The notes below the pieces were generated by a model, which was not told the origin of the DNA, made no database searches, and saw only the letters and a program-made list of their open reading frames with translations. This document shows positions 43,499 to 54,578 of a stretch of DNA of 64,000 nt, piece after piece. Both the position numbers and the translations under genes were made by a program. Positions within the stretch are counted from its first letter, which is position 1. The number at the start of each line of letters is the position of its first letter. Source of the stretch: Naegleria gruberi. Its lineage: Eukaryota. The stretch lies in the NCBI GenBank assembly GCA_000004985.1, contig GG738889.1; one strand, given 5' to 3'.

Positions 43499-44050
43499 AT
43501 AACTTTCGAATACAAATTCCAATACAATTAATTGTCTTTAATTGGAAATGTTTAAAAATAATTGAACATGACATTATAATACCAATTATTTACCACTCAA
43601 CACCAGTCATACAATAGATATTTATTTCCTAGTCAACCTCACCAACCTTTACACCAGTTGTCAATTCTCAATACTAGTTATTTTATTCCTCATATAGCTA
43701 CTGCACCTTTTTAACGCACGCACCAACAAAGTCCATCACGCACTCTACGTAGGCACCTAACCATAATGGACTTCCTTATCTCGTTCCCGTGCAATGGTTG
43801 CCTCATGTCAATTAGGAAGGTTTTTCACTGCAGCAACATTGTGCGGGCGATGAATAAGCAAAAAATCACACGAATAATTCAAGCATGGCATTTGAGCATA
43901 GAAATTTACGATTTGAGTTTTAAGAATATTTTTTTCAAATTCTAAAAAAAAACAACAACAAGGGTGACGAGACTCTTTTTACAAAAGCAGCAAACAAGTT
44001 TTTTTCTTTAAAGCTAATTGAGAGGTTGACTAATTGAAAGCCAACATTCG

Positions 44051-45875
44051 ATGGAAGATAATATTATACACGAGGCTATTGAAACATTGAACCTTTTTGA
44101 ACGTACTGATAGTTTAATTGAAGAATTCTTCAATAATAACAGCAAGGATGACAAGGAGAATGAAACTACAACAAGTATTGTCGATGAAAAGAAGGTGGCG
44201 GAAGGAGATGGAAGGATGGATTTGATGATTGAAGACCAATTAAAATACGACTTGCTGGTAGAAATTACAAAGGAAAGAGAACATGAACATACAAGAGTTC
44301 CTTCATCACCAGAAGATAAGGAACATGATGCTAATTTGTTTATTCATGGATTTGAGGAGAAGGTTCAAAAATTGTTTGATGACATTGTCGATTGTATTGA
44401 GGATGAGAATCATCAACATCATTACATTAACAATCAAAAGACAATTACTCCAGAAAAGATGAGACTCTTCATGAAAAAGTCCAAGATTTTGGTAGTAGAT
44501 GGAACTGTGGACGAAATTATGAGATTACATGACACCAGTAAGGATGGTCACTTGTCATTTGATGAATTCAAGCAATATATGATTGCTCAAGAATTACAAT
44601 TGAGAAAATTGTTTAATCAAATTGATTTGGATAACTCTGGAGACATTGGTATCGGAGAATTGAAGGCAATTTGTAAGAAACTCAAGTTGAAATTGAGTGA
44701 CAAAGAAATGAAACAAATTATGAAAATGATAGATAAGAACAAGTCAAATTCCATCTCTTATCAGGGTAAGTAATTTCTGATCGGTGTGTAAATTTACCCA
44801 AATATGTAAATCTTAATTGTTGGATTACTGAACTTTCGAATATTTTAAAATTTTATCAGAATGGTATGATTTTATGCATAGAAAGAAGTTAATCCCTATT
44901 CACAATAAGGATGTATCATTGAAAAGTGCTTTCAATATTTTAAAGAATGAATGTGAGGCAGATACAGAACATCCAAAGTGGAAATACTTCCTTGCAGGTG
45001 GTATGGCAGCTGCTGTTGCAAGAACAGCTGTAGCTCCACTGGAACGTTTGAGATGTCTCTACCAAATTCAAACTCAAATCACCAAACATAAGAATGGCCA
45101 ATTTTTGGAATTTCAATCAATCAGGGAGGGATTGAGAGAAATTGGTAAAGATGGTTACAAAGGACTTTTCAAAGGAAATGGTATGAATGTCATGAAAGCA
45201 ATTCCAGAGATTGCAGCCAGATCTTACTTTTATGAAATGTTCAAGAGATGGATCATTTATTACAATGATCACGTACCTGATGCTGTTTCTATTCAAATGC
45301 ATCAACGTTTTTGTGCCAGTGCATTTGCTGCTATGGCTGCCCAAGCTCTTATTTATCCATTGGATTCAATCAAGATGCATCTCATGACAAGAGAAAATGT
45401 AAATATTAGAGGAATTTTTAGAGATTCCTTAAAAGCTGATGGTTGGAGACAATTCTACAGAGGATGCACACCAGCAATGATTAGAGTGGGTCTTGACACT
45501 GGACTCTACGAAACGTTCAAGAAAATTCACTACACTTATTACAGCAGTCAAGATATCAATCATGACTATCCATCAATGCCAGCTGTCTTTATGATGGCAA
45601 CAGCTGCTTGTACAGTTAACCAAGTACTAACTTATCCACTCCAACTTGTAAGAACTCGTTTGCAAATGCAAAACGTTTTGGAAAGATCTCACATTACTGA
45701 CATTCACTATAATGGCATGTCAGATGCCTTTAAACAAATTTGGAAAACTGAAGGAATTAGAGGATTGTACAGAGGCAGTGTAGTTACATTCTTAAAGAGT
45801 GTTCCTACAGTTTCTACAACCTTATTTGCTTTCGAATTTGCCAAGAGAGAATTTGGTATTTATTCTCAAGTGTAA
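44051..45875 (+). CDS. Calcium-binding mitochondrial carrier of the SCaMC / ATP-Mg/Pi carrier type (SLC25A24-like). It has 2 exons: 44051..44765 and 44860..45875.
   Basis: The N-terminal regulatory domain has EF-hand loops (DLDNSGDIGIGEL, DKNKSNSISYQ). A 94-nt phase-1 intron (44766..44859, GTAAGT…TCAG) follows. The carrier domain has three repeats with P-x-[DE]-x-x-[KR]-type signatures (PLERLRCLYQIQ, PLDSIKMHLM, PLQLVRTRLQ). Confidence 0.8.
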
Positions 45876-46049
45876 ATTATCGTTAACTTGTGTAAAATAA
45901 ACAACTATAGCTGAACAAAGAGCTAATTGATTAATTTCACTCATATTTCTCTCTACTACAAACAACTAGCTAATTATCATTCCATTCAAATACCAATCAA
46001 ATAACATAAAAAGACTAAGAATACTATCGAATCTTTATTTACATTGAGT

Positions 46050-47805
46050 TCATTTTCTTTCCACAAGTCTATACTTGTTAGAACTATCTGGTGACATATT
46101 CGGTCTCAATTTGTTTAGTTTGAGAACTTGGTCTGGTCTCTCCAATTCAATCTTGTATTTTCTCAATAACGCAATGACAAATGTTTTTTGTTCCATCATC
46201 GAAAATTGATTACCCTAATCCAAATTGTGAATTAAATGTTAAAAGTGAATTCTTTTAAAACTTACAATGCATTTACGAGCACCTGAACCAAATGGAATCC
46301 AAGCAAAGGAAGGATATCTCTTTTCCAAGAATCTCTCTGGTTTAAATTCCTCAGCATCTTCTCCCCAGACTTCTGGATGCCTGTGAACGCTGTACACACT
46401 CAAATTGACAGCAAATCCTTTTGGTATCTTGTAGCCATCAATGACAGTGGTAGAATTCAAGATTCTTAAAGGAAGTTGAGGAACTGGAGGGAATAATCTG
46501 AGATTTTCTTTCAAGACAGCATCTAAATATTTCATATCTTTCACCTTTTCATAATTATTGAATTGAGTTTCATCTTGATCCAATGGGAATGTTTCAATAA
46601 TTTCTTGATATAGCTTTTCTTGAACTCTTGGATTGGTTGCCAATGAATAAAAGATGAATGCCAAAGCAGCAGCCGTAGTCTCTATATTTAAGTAAATAAA
46701 CAAAATAATTGAAAAGAAACAACATACCAGTTCCTGCAAGGAAAAAGACTGAGGTATTATTCTTGATATCTTGAATAGACATTCCATTTCCTTCCTCATC
46801 AACAGAGTCAACCATCATTTTGAGAAGGGTATTATTTTGATAATCCTTCTTATTTTTACAATCTTCAATTAATTCATCGAGGAATGATTGGAAAGCTGCA
46901 ATATTATTATTCATCTTGATATTTGATTCTATATTCCAATCAGCAAAATATTTACCAGCAAGGAATCGAACTGGATTGGCAATATTATCCATAACATATT
47001 GGTAGGATTTGAGAGCTTTGGCAACCTTTTCAGATTCATTTGTCTTGGTATGTAATGGAGACAATGCACTAATGGTATTGAAATTGACTCCAAAAACTGT
47101 CATGCCCAAAACATCTAGAGCTAATCTTCCAGTCATGTCCGAAGGATCAACAATGAGTTCCTTTCCACTCTGGTTCAATTCAGAAAAAACTTGTACAGCT
47201 TTGAATGCATTCTTAACAAATGCTCCCATAAATCTTGAAATGTCTTTAAAGGCAGGATTTACAACAGTTCTTTGCCTTTTCCATTCATCTCCATTTGCAA
47301 ACACTAAGTTAAGTCCCATAAATTTGTGAATATCTGGTGAGAATAATCTGGTATTTTCCTTTTCAATTTCTCTCCAATTCATTGTCAATACTCTTGCAGC
47401 ACTAGGAGTTGAAAAGACAACATATGGGAATGACATTAAATATCCCAATAATGGTTGATAATTATGCTTGAGAACAGCTTGTTTGTGAACAACCACAGCA
47501 GGATGTTCAGGAGTCATGAAATTATAAGCAATACTCTCCACAGTATTCCAAAACAACAACTCCTTAATAGGCTTTGGTTGAGGTGTTTTAAAAATTGGTT
47601 TAGCCTCCTTATTGTCCTCACTCGGAATCCCAGTATTTTCTCCACCAATCTTCTCATCATTATCATTAATATCATGTTGTTCCTCCTCAACTTTTACAAC
47701 TTTAATCTTCCACTTGTTAGCTTCCTCCTTCCGAGCAATATAAAAATAAGTACCAACAACAAGGCACACCACAAGACCCAAAACACTCAAGACACTCGAC
47801 CACAT
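46050..47805 (-). CDS. Cytochrome P450 of about 552 aa. It has 3 exons: 47805..46728, 46681..46266 and 46214..46050.
   Basis: It has an N-terminal membrane anchor (MWSSVLSVLGLVVCLVVGTYFYI) and a K/E-rich linker. The I-helix FLAGT|ETTAAAL is split by a 46-nt intron (46682..46727, GTATGT…ATAG). It also has ExxR (ENLRLFPP), PERF (PERFLEK) and the heme loop FGSGARKCI immediately before a 51-nt intron (46215..46265, GTAAGT…TTAG). Stop is TGA 46052..46050. Confidence 0.8.
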
Positions 47806-48156
47806 CTTCCGAATCAGTTTTTGATATTTCTTCTTCTTGAATTTACTTTTTTCAAAGCGTTGAGCTTTTTGTTATTTTTTTTTAATGTTTTTTATGAACT
47901 GTTTTTGGATTTTTTATAGTAATTGGTGAAAATGGCGGGGTGCTGCTGACTAATATGGTGATTTGGTCGCCACTATGGAATGCATAGTTGAGATTCGATT
48001 TTGTTGTTGACTTGTTGGAATGTTATTAGAAAGGTTTGGAATAATCAAACTATCTGTTGTTGTAATACGGTTTTCATGAAATGTTGTTGGTTGACCTGTT
48101 GTTATCTTTTATTCACTTCCAGTTTTCAGTCGAACTGAAAATTTGAATCAAAAAAA

Positions 48157-49440
48157 ATGAAAAGACGCGCCAATAAGAAATCCACATCTTCTTCCTCGAA
48201 GAAAACCAAACTCGAAGTGGCAACAGAAAATGATTCTAACACCACCACAAATATTGTAGTGTCGACAGAAAGCGCTCCGAATAGCAAAGAAGAAAATCAA
48301 ATGGTTGATGATTTTAATCCTGATTTGTATTGTGTAGAAGAATTAATTCAAGAATTTGATCGGGTAGATTCGGAAATTGTTGAATTGGAGAGGAGAAGAC
48401 AGGAAGTGTTGAGAATATTGAAGAAACATCCATCTACTCGAATTAAATATTCAACTGTGAATAGATGGGAAAAAACCAAGGAAATGATTGCTGGATCACA
48501 ATTTCATAATGTGAGTGCTGATTGTTTGGGAATTATCTTGTCTTTTATTTATGGAAAGGAACTGTTGGATGTTGAATTGGTCAAGAAGATTAGTTCTCTT
48601 TCCACTAATTTCAATAAGGGTCTCTTGCACTATACACCATTCGTTCTGACCTTGAATAGGGAAATTAAAAGTTTTAAAGAGGATGCCATTCCAGAATTTA
48701 ATAGTTTGTACGGTATTGAATTCGCTCCATATTCAGAGAATTTAAAAATTGTCGAATTGCTAATGAAGAAAGCAAACTATTCCATCGAGTATTTGTCTGT
48801 TCGGTGCGATATCACCAATACTGTGTTTCCAACATTTTCCAAACAAGTTCAAGAATCTGTTCAAGTATTGAAATATATTGAGAGCCACAACCAAACTCGA
48901 GGAAAACTCGATTTATCTTCATTCTCCTCACTCAAAGATGTGTACATTGCCAAATTGAGATCAGCTGCAGCTGTAATTACCTTCCCTTCGAATACTCTTT
49001 CCAGACTTTCATTTTCTTTCCCCCATTGTGGAAGTGATCTTAAGATTAGTCAATTATTTGGTGTATCAGAACACTTGACTCTATGTTTACCAAACTGTGC
49101 CAAAGCTGCAAATAATATTTCAGATTCGAATGCTAAGGAGCATTTCGCCAGTTCAACACAATCCAAAACCAAAACCTTTACATTTATTCGATTCAAGAGC
49201 AATTCCAAGAAACCAGATCTAATGGAACGTCTCACTACTGAAACGACATTTTACAGTAGAAATGTGAGGGGAGATGCTGAGTCACAAGATAAACACTCTA
49301 CAACCTCAACAATTTCAGATATCACAAACAAATTAGAGAAGGAATTTAACATTCCTTTAGAAGTTGTTACTGGCATTAAATCGACAACACTCTTGAGTGA
49401 CCGATATATTGAAAAATTCACTCGGGCAATATTAGAATAA
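48157..49440 (+). CDS. Hypothetical protein of 427 aa with a basic N-terminus, single exon.
   Basis: An uninterrupted ORF from ATG 48157 to TAA 49440. I recognised no domain. Confidence 0.5.
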   Translation: MKRRANKKSTSSSSKKTKLEVATENDSNTTTNIVVSTESAPNSKEENQMVDDFNPDLYCVEELIQEFDRVDSEIVELERRRQEVLRILKKHPSTRIKYSTVNRWEKTKEMIAGSQFHNVSADCLGIILSFIYGKELLDVELVKKISSLSTNFNKGLLHYTPFVLTLNREIKSFKEDAIPEFNSLYGIEFAPYSENLKIVELLMKKANYSIEYLSVRCDITNTVFPTFSKQVQESVQVLKYIESHNQTRGKLDLSSFSSLKDVYIAKLRSAAAVITFPSNTLSRLSFSFPHCGSDLKISQLFGVSEHLTLCLPNCAKAANNISDSNAKEHFASSTQSKTKTFTFIRFKSNSKKPDLMERLTTETTFYSRNVRGDAESQDKHSTTSTISDITNKLEKEFNIPLEVVTGIKSTTLLSDRYIEKFTRAILE

Positions 49441-49656
49441 TTGAAAAGAATGCATGTTCACTGCATGAATCGTGAAGTTTCCAATATAAATATCATGTCA
49501 TGTGGAATTTGGAATAATTTTACTTCATGAATTTGTATGACGAATCGATTCAGTCGATTAGGCAACGAACTCAAATGTCAACTTTCATATTTTCGATTTG
49601 TTTAGAAATACTAACATGATGTTATCAGTTTAAGAAACTTTTCAACACGCGAAAAA

Positions 49657-51298
49657 ATGCCAAGCACGAGTATTGATATTGTAGCCTTCTCGATTCTTAT
49701 CAATCCAACACTCACCAATACAACAGCAGACTCAATTTCGAATAGTAGCTCTAGGCTTTCGTTAAGATTCTCCTCATCAGGTTCTTCATCAAGTGGATCA
49801 AATCCTAATCTCAGAGCAAGTACTTCACAAGGCTCACTCATGGAACTCTCCATCTCCAAGAAGCCTATAGAATCACAATTAGAATGGATAGGTTGGTTAA
49901 AGAAGGCTTTCCTCGGTTTTGTTGAGAAGAAAGTTCACAAATCAATGGAAATGGAGTTGAAAATATTATTCCTTGAGCACTTTTTGAATCCACTAACAGA
50001 GAAGGTAGCCTGGAAAACGAGAAGTGAAGTGCTTTCCATGTTGAATTTATTTTGTGAACTTGTATTGGAATGGATGGTACCTTTCGAATGGATTGAAATT
50101 GAAAAGACGAAAGATGTCAAGAACTTGAATTATTATACACAACAATTAGCCTTGATTTTAGAGAAGGCTAACTTGTTTGAACATGAATATTTGAAAGATT
50201 TCATTCACAATCAAGCTAAACTGACAAGTTCTTCTTCCATGCAAGAAGAAATAGAAGAATCCGAAACTATTGATGAGGTGAAACTAATCTGCTCAATGTT
50301 TTTCCTGGAACTCTCTGATTGGTTCAATGAATTTGAGTTCACAAATAGAAAAAAGATTAACAAGTGGTTTGCTAAAGGACTCCAATCTGACATTATTCCA
50401 AAATATGTAATCAAGATTTACAAGACGAAACGAGATAAGTTATCAAAGGCCAATGAAGAATTCATATTCAAAGAAGATGATTTAAATCAAAAGCATGTGA
50501 TTGCATCTGACTGGAATTATACAAATTTCATTGGGAAAGAACATTCCACAGAGTGGACCCTTACTTATTCGAGATGTCCTGAAACTTCCATGTGGATTTC
50601 ATCGGTTGACCGTTCGAGTGACAAGTTGGGATTGAAAACTCTCAAATCTGTAGGATATTTAGACACCTCAGTTGCAAAGATTACGAAAGCAACTTGTAGT
50701 GATGCTCATTTCCATCAATTTTTCAAAGAAGCAAGGTTTCATGATTATTCCTCGATTGATAAATCTCATTCCCAGAAGAAATATCCATTAGTGTTCATGT
50801 CTAATATCTTTAAGTTTGGCCCAATGTTTAGCACTAGAGAACTCCATTTGGTTTACTCAACTTTGGCCAAGTTTCAATCAGACAAGATGGTTGAGAGTTG
50901 CATTTTGTTTAAATCTCGTGATTATGTTTATGTAAGTAAGGATGTTTTAAAAGCTAACACAAATGTAATAGGGTTTGAATGAGGAAAATAAGAAACTGAT
51001 CAAAGTGCCAATGATTGGGGCAAGATTGTATTATATGGTCGATAAGAATCGTGTAAGATATGTCGAATACAGAACTCTCAACTCTGGAGGTCTGTTAAAT
51101 TCAAATCTTGTATTGTACAACAAAATGGCTGCAAAAAAAACCGTGGATGATATTCTTTCAGCTATTCAAAAATCAGAAACTGACTCTAACCAATACAAGA
51201 ATGGAATTAATCCAAGTAATGATAATTTATCTAGACTGTTGCATAACTATTGTAAAGAGTATTGCAACATTGATTTAGAAAATACTGAAATATCATAA
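49657..51298 (+). CDS. Hypothetical protein of about 533 aa. It has 2 exons: 49657..50931 and 50972..51298.
   Basis: A 40-nt phase-0 intron (50932..50971, GTAAGT…AATAG) joins …SRDYVY| to |GLNEENKKLIKV…. The N-terminus is Ser-rich. Confidence 0.55.
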
Positions 51299-51352
51299 TT
51301 TACACACCTCTGTAAAATACACTATAATGTACATTAGTATTGCTGTTGGTAT

Positions 51353-52966
51353 TTAACACACTCTACTATCTAAATACCTATCAGGAATATAACAATCCAT
51401 GTAGCAACTACTCATTCTAATTTGTCTTAATTCTTTTAAGAAATTCTCACCAAATAAAATTCTGTAAACTTGATTTTCTTCTCTGTATGGGTAAGGAATG
51501 ATGAACCCATTCTGCTTGACAGCTTCTATAATCATCTCTGCATTGAATTTCCATCTGTTGGAACAGAACATGAGTGCCAATCCATTCTGTCTAATTGCAG
51601 ATAATGCCAATTCCCTATCTGAAGGTTTAATAAAAGGTTTCAGATAGCATAGAGAGAAGCCGTTCAGTTTTACCAGTGTATGAATAAACTCTCTATCTGA
51701 AAATACATTATCAGGTGCCTGACCAATCACTGATGGATTAATCTTGATAGATTCACACAGAATATCTACATCACTCTTCAAAGTTTCCGATAATTGAGAA
51801 TAAAGGTTTAAAATTTGATCTGGATGCTCCTGCTTCAAAGCCTGAATAACAAACTCCTTATTTTCTTGAAGTTTCTGTGGGAACTCTTGGAATACCTTAT
51901 TATTTTGTTTCAGTACTTTTAAAGCAAATTCAATGTCTCCTTTCATTTGACCTGTTATAAACTTTAAGTTTTGAGTATCTCTATAAAGAACCTTTGAATC
52001 ATTATGCAATCTCATATTTGGTGATTTCTCTTGGTTAGCAATTGATTCGGAATATTGTTGAATTTCTGGATTTAATTCCAATAATTCTGTAGAAGCATAC
52101 TCAATGGCACATGAATTTTGCTTGATAGCTTGTTTTACAATTTGTATATTTGATTTCATTCGTTCAGATGCATAACCAAGAGCAAGCCCATTGCTGTTAA
52201 TGGCTAGTTTCACTAATTCTTCATCATCATTAAAGTGGGCCACATATCTCAAGCTTAATCCATTTTGACAGATGGCAAGTTTGACAATATCAATATCTCC
52301 TTTGAACTCTTCATTCAAATATTCCAAAACCATTCCATTTACACTAACCACTTTTTTAATAAATTGGTAATCCTTTTTCAAGACTTCTGATGCAAATCTA
52401 AATGCAAATGTCATTTGTCTTGTGGCTTCTAAAACAATTTCTTCATCTGATTGCATTGAAGGAGCATGGGAAAGAGCAATGCCTATCTGCTTTACAGCTT
52501 CCAAAACAATTCTTCTATCATTTCTCAATTCCAGAGGAATTTCACTAATCATTAATCCATTTTGTTTGACTGCTGACAGGGCAACATCTCTGTCATTTCT
52601 CAATTCTTCAGAGGCAAACGTCAGAGCAAATCCGCCCTGCTGACAAGCTTTCATTACAATTTCCTTATCATTCTTCCAAGAAGGAACTAAACTCAAATAT
52701 TCTCTATAAACTGAAGTGTCCTTATCAACAATTGACAGGACAGTTTCTCTATTCTCAATAAATTCAATTGGAATATACAAGTGACTTCTATTGTAATGAC
52801 TACTCTTCCAATTTCTTATGTGTTTATGATAGATTTCTCTATTGGTGAACCACTTTACAAAACCCTTGCTTTGCAATTGAAGTTTTGTAGTGAGAAGTGT
52901 TTGCAACGAATTGCATTCATTGAAATCAATTAACTCAATGATAACCTGTTGTTCTGCATGATGCAT
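51353..52966 (-). CDS. Tandem-repeat protein of 537 aa with about 27-aa repeats resembling the DUF4116 family, single exon.
   Basis: The reiterated units follow the pattern [RK]xDx[ED][IL]V[LK]xA[IV]KQNGxAL[SE]YAS[ET]EL: RNDRDVALSAVKQNGLMI, RNDRRIVLEAVKQIGIALSHA, KGDIDIVKLAICQNGLSLRYV, DDEELVKLAINSNGLALGYASERMKSNIQIVKQAIKQNSCAIEYAS. Confidence 0.6.
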   Translation of the reverse strand: MHHAEQQVIIELIDFNECNSLQTLLTTKLQLQSKGFVKWFTNREIYHKHIRNWKSSHYNRSHLYIPIEFIENRETVLSIVDKDTSVYREYLSLVPSWKNDKEIVMKACQQGGFALTFASEELRNDRDVALSAVKQNGLMISEIPLELRNDRRIVLEAVKQIGIALSHAPSMQSDEEIVLEATRQMTFAFRFASEVLKKDYQFIKKVVSVNGMVLEYLNEEFKGDIDIVKLAICQNGLSLRYVAHFNDDEELVKLAINSNGLALGYASERMKSNIQIVKQAIKQNSCAIEYASTELLELNPEIQQYSESIANQEKSPNMRLHNDSKVLYRDTQNLKFITGQMKGDIEFALKVLKQNNKVFQEFPQKLQENKEFVIQALKQEHPDQILNLYSQLSETLKSDVDILCESIKINPSVIGQAPDNVFSDREFIHTLVKLNGFSLCYLKPFIKPSDRELALSAIRQNGLALMFCSNRWKFNAEMIIEAVKQNGFIIPYPYREENQVYRILFGENFLKELRQIRMSSCYMDCYIPDRYLDSRVC

Positions 52967-53556
52967 TTTCAGTTTTTTTTCATTGAGTTTCTCTTTCGTA
53001 TTATTGAAAAAATCCTAATCGATGGAATTTCTGTTTTCAGAGGATTCTCCAAGATTCTCAAGTAAGTGCATGATGGAAGTTTCTTTATCTCTTCTTAGTA
53101 GCCCAAATTACATGTTTGATGTTTCCATTTATATCTATTTGAAACACTACCACAAAAAACATCATCAAATTCATTTTCTCTAATTTCCTCAACCTCTTAA
53201 TCGTTTTTTTATATGAAATCTTCAAGTGTTGTTCATCAATTTATCAAAGAAATATATGATAAAAACCTTATCATTTCTTCTGATGCATTCCGATGATGCT
53301 CAACAATTACCAATAATAATATATCTATTTTTAAAAAATCAAACAATATTAGCAAGGTTCATCCCGTGAACATTCCAATCCATTCTTGAGGTGTAACTTT
53401 GAATTTTACGTTCATCTATTCCTTCATTCCCTTGTTCACGCACAACTTGTTATCTTCATCAAACGCTAGTTTTTGGGTTTTCTATTTTTTTTTAAGGCCA
53501 AAAAAATATCGCAACACGCAACCACACAGAAAGTTTTTTCTATTCTTTTGTAAAAT

Positions 53557-54501
53557 ATGGAAAGTAACAATCATACATTGATGGAAGAAAATATATCGAC
53601 AGTAATGGGAAAAAATGGTAGTAGCTATGGAATTGTAGATTTACCTGGAGAAATTCTAGTACACGGAATAATACCCTTCATTTCTGAATATCATCCGAAA
53701 GATGTGATGAGACTTATTCTACTCAATCATGAAACAAAGGATAAAATTATGGAAGGCTTGAATTCGTTCCGAATTGTTGGAAGTGAAGTTTATAAAGCAA
53801 ATATTGCTAGAACCAATTTCAAGAAACCAGGAGTTGGTAGAAAAAGGGATCAACAACGAGGATTTAAATTGAATTTTTCCAAACCTAAAAAGTTGGCAAC
53901 TCAAAAGGATCTGATCATGTTGGACAAGTTGAAGAATTTGAAGAGTGTAACCTTTGAATCATTGTTTTTTAACGATAAGAATAAGGAGAAAATTATTTCT
54001 GCACTCAACAAAGTAACAAACCTGTCAGAACTCAAATTTGTGAAATGTAAGGGTTCTTTCTTGGAAATTTTGAAACCGTTCAATGAAAAATTGACTAGCT
54101 TACATTTCATAGATTGCATTGGAAGTATATTTCACTTACATGAAACTTCATTCCCTAATTGCGTAAATCTAGTTTTTTCCACCAAGTACTTTGATGGACA
54201 ACACAAAAAGTACAAATCCAAGCTCATCACTGATCTGCCTATCATCACACCAAATTTAACTTCCCTCACTTTCATTGATAAGAGCTCTAAATCATTCTCA
54301 CCTGCCACACCTTCATTTTATTCATTCATAAAACTCAAACAATTGAAAGAGTTGAATATTGACACTGCAACGTTTACATGCCCGAAGTTAAGTGAAATTT
54401 TGAACCATAACCCATCACTAAAGTGTAAACTTCCTAGTAGGTTCCAGGATTTATTAGGAAAGGCCAAAATCACAATTACAGAGCTGGAATATTTCAAATA
54501 A
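53557..54501 (+). CDS. F-box / leucine-rich-repeat protein of 314 aa, single exon.
   Basis: The N-terminus is F-box-like (VDLPGEILVHGIIPFISEYHPKDVMRLILLNHETKDKIMEGL). LRR-like LxxLxF units follow (LTSLHFIDC, LTSLTFIDK, LKELNIDTATF). Confidence 0.55.
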   Translation: MESNNHTLMEENISTVMGKNGSSYGIVDLPGEILVHGIIPFISEYHPKDVMRLILLNHETKDKIMEGLNSFRIVGSEVYKANIARTNFKKPGVGRKRDQQRGFKLNFSKPKKLATQKDLIMLDKLKNLKSVTFESLFFNDKNKEKIISALNKVTNLSELKFVKCKGSFLEILKPFNEKLTSLHFIDCIGSIFHLHETSFPNCVNLVFSTKYFDGQHKKYKSKLITDLPIITPNLTSLTFIDKSSKSFSPATPSFYSFIKLKQLKELNIDTATFTCPKLSEILNHNPSLKCKLPSRFQDLLGKAKITITELEYFK

Positions 54502-54578
54502 CCAGCCACAACCTCCAAAAATCAAAATTAAAACTCTTTATTGTACAGTAAATAAGTAAATAATATTCCGTTCCAAAA

